Source of the DNA: a virus
Reading direction: 5' to 3' (one strand)
Virus record (IMG/VR): IMGVR_UViG_3300005534_000001
Location: 28,528 to 92,527 of that record
Length of the DNA stretch: 64,000 nt
Shown: one piece after another, positions 63,124-64,000 of the stretch
Layout of the letters: each line of letters begins with the position of its first letter
Position numbering within the stretch: position 1 is the first letter of the stretch
The notes under the pieces: generated by a model
Told to the model about the DNA's origin: nothing
Database searches by the model: none
What the model saw: the letters and a program-made list of their open reading frames with translations, nothing else
Made by a program: the position numbers and the translations under genes

Positions 63124-63374
63124 ACCTTTTCTCCCTTCAGTGATTTGGTAACGTAGTCCACGATCTGCTGGACGGTTTCAATCTTCTCTGCGTCTTCGTC
63201 TGGAACATCCAAGTCAAACTCATACTCGAAGTCCATCACGAGTTGGCAGCAGTCCAGCGAGTCCGCTCCGAGGTCATCAACGAGTTTTGCTTCTGGAGTT
63301 ACCTCATCTTCTTCGACGCCCAGTTGCTCGACGAGGATCTGCTTTACGCGCTGTTCTATGGTGGATGTGGTCAT
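63120..63374 (-). CDS. acpP: acyl carrier protein
   Basis: [40 protein letters not shown]. Confidence 0.92.
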   Translation of the reverse strand: MTTSTIEQRVKQILVEQLGVEEDEVTPEAKLVDDLGADSLDCCQLVMDFEYEFDLDVPDEDAEKIETVQQIVDYVTKSLKGEKV

Positions 63375-63670
63375 GCCGTTTGCCCCTCTGCCAGATCGTA
63401 ACTGTCCGCGAAGATATCAGATTTACAAGGATACACTTCACCCTTGATCCCGATGATTACGAAATCACCGATGGATGCTTCCAGCGGATCGGATGTGCTT
63501 TCGAGTGTGTGAATGAGTAAGCGAATAGGCTTGGCTGTAAGGTCGAAATTGACCTTGGTATTGGCCGTCATCTGGCCTTCGTTGTTTTGCAGGAAGCGCA
63601 TGATTTCTGATACGTTCTCGCCATCCCACTGGATTGCGTTGATGGTTACTGGCTTTTTGGTGTATCGCAT
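63371..63670 (-). CDS. widespread phage protein (Y.KKPV.I.AIQW...I.TLE...GD..I.G..GE.YPCK.DIF..Y)
   Basis: Recognisable phage motif family; AAGGAG RBS. Confidence 0.75.
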   Translation of the reverse strand: MRYTKKPVTINAIQWDGENVSEIMRFLQNNEGQMTANTKVNFDLTAKPIRLLIHTLESTSDPLEASIGDFVIIGIKGEVYPCKSDIFADSYDLAEGQTA

Positions 63671-63687
63671 TGGTTCTCCTTGTTGAT

Positions 63688-63936
63688 TTACTGTGCTACT
63701 TGCATCGCGTCTAAATCCAGTACGAATGACGCCGGAGCAGGACGATAAGCGGTATCGCCTTTTTCACGGTCGTACTTCTCGCGCCATTCAACTTTAGCCA
63801 TCGTCCGGAAGTCGAACCATTCATCAAATTGCATTGTCCAAATTTCCAGGGAATCGCTATAGGGCTTTCCGTTGTTGTCGGCTGTGGCAATCTCTACTCG
63901 TTCTATGGCCTTGTCCGGTTCGCCGTGGCACTCCAA
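63688..63936 (-). CDS. hypothetical protein (start uncertain, near window edge)
   Basis: ORF upstream of the KKPV gene. Confidence 0.4.
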   Translation of the reverse strand: MECHGEPDKAIERVEIATADNNGKPYSDSLEIWTMQFDEWFDFRTMAKVEWREKYDREKGDTAYRPAPASFVLDLDAMQVAQ

Positions 63937-64000
63937 TACGATTCCACGGCAATCTACGAAGGCACCATAGGATTCAACGCGAAAATTAAACTTGCCATAT

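Noticed and set aside
63371-63670. Calling the KKPV-family protein an anti-defence nucleotide sponge
   Set aside because: Plausible from size and context, but I cannot verify the family assignment without a profile search.
1-64000. CRISPR array, integrase/att site, DGR or retron reverse transcriptase, rRNA
   Set aside because: No regularly spaced repeats and no recombinase or RT motifs were recognised in any ORF.

Overview
This window is 64 kb of a tailed dsDNA phage genome with a P22-like (podovirus) morphogenesis module. The host is probably Gram-negative and Acidobacteriota-like; this is inferred from the style of the ACP, the GH99-like domain and the 7TM/peptide pair. Layout: (i) 1-7.5 kb holds small early-type genes behind several sigma70-like promoters and repeated operator or hairpin elements. 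(ii) 7.6-20 kb is a + strand accessory and membrane region with a SET domain, a lipoprotein, a pseudoknot RNA, a nucleotidyltransferase, an unannotated secreted Cys/Pro peptide + 7TM protein + PAS protein cassette, a two-domain glycoside hydrolase and an AAA ATPase. (iii) 20-51 kb runs TerS, TerL with a Leu-initiated class 3 intein, a dual-specificity phosphatase, GroES, portal, scaffold, P22-type coat, gp4/gp10/gp26/gp14-like proteins, ejection proteins and fibres. (iv) 51.5-52 kb is a tRNA cluster that is exactly the four UGN anticodons (Pro, Ala, Thr, Ser) plus one degenerate tRNA-like unit. (v) 52-64 kb on the - strand carries two SNF2 helicases, a DNA methylase, a nuclease, a secreted Cys-rich repeat protein, a HAD phosphatase and an acyl carrier protein. 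The most striking observation is that four large spike, fibre or decoration-type genes inside the virion operon encode Sec signal peptides cleaved before Gln and carry even, paired Cys sets (10, 16, 4, 14), while the one fibre without a signal peptide has no Cys. This suggests periplasm-folded, disulfide-bonded virion appendages added during or after lysis. The second highlight is the peptide/7TM/PAS cassette, a candidate phage communication or quorum-interference system. No integrase, DNA polymerase, CRISPR array or canonical endolysin was recognised in the window.
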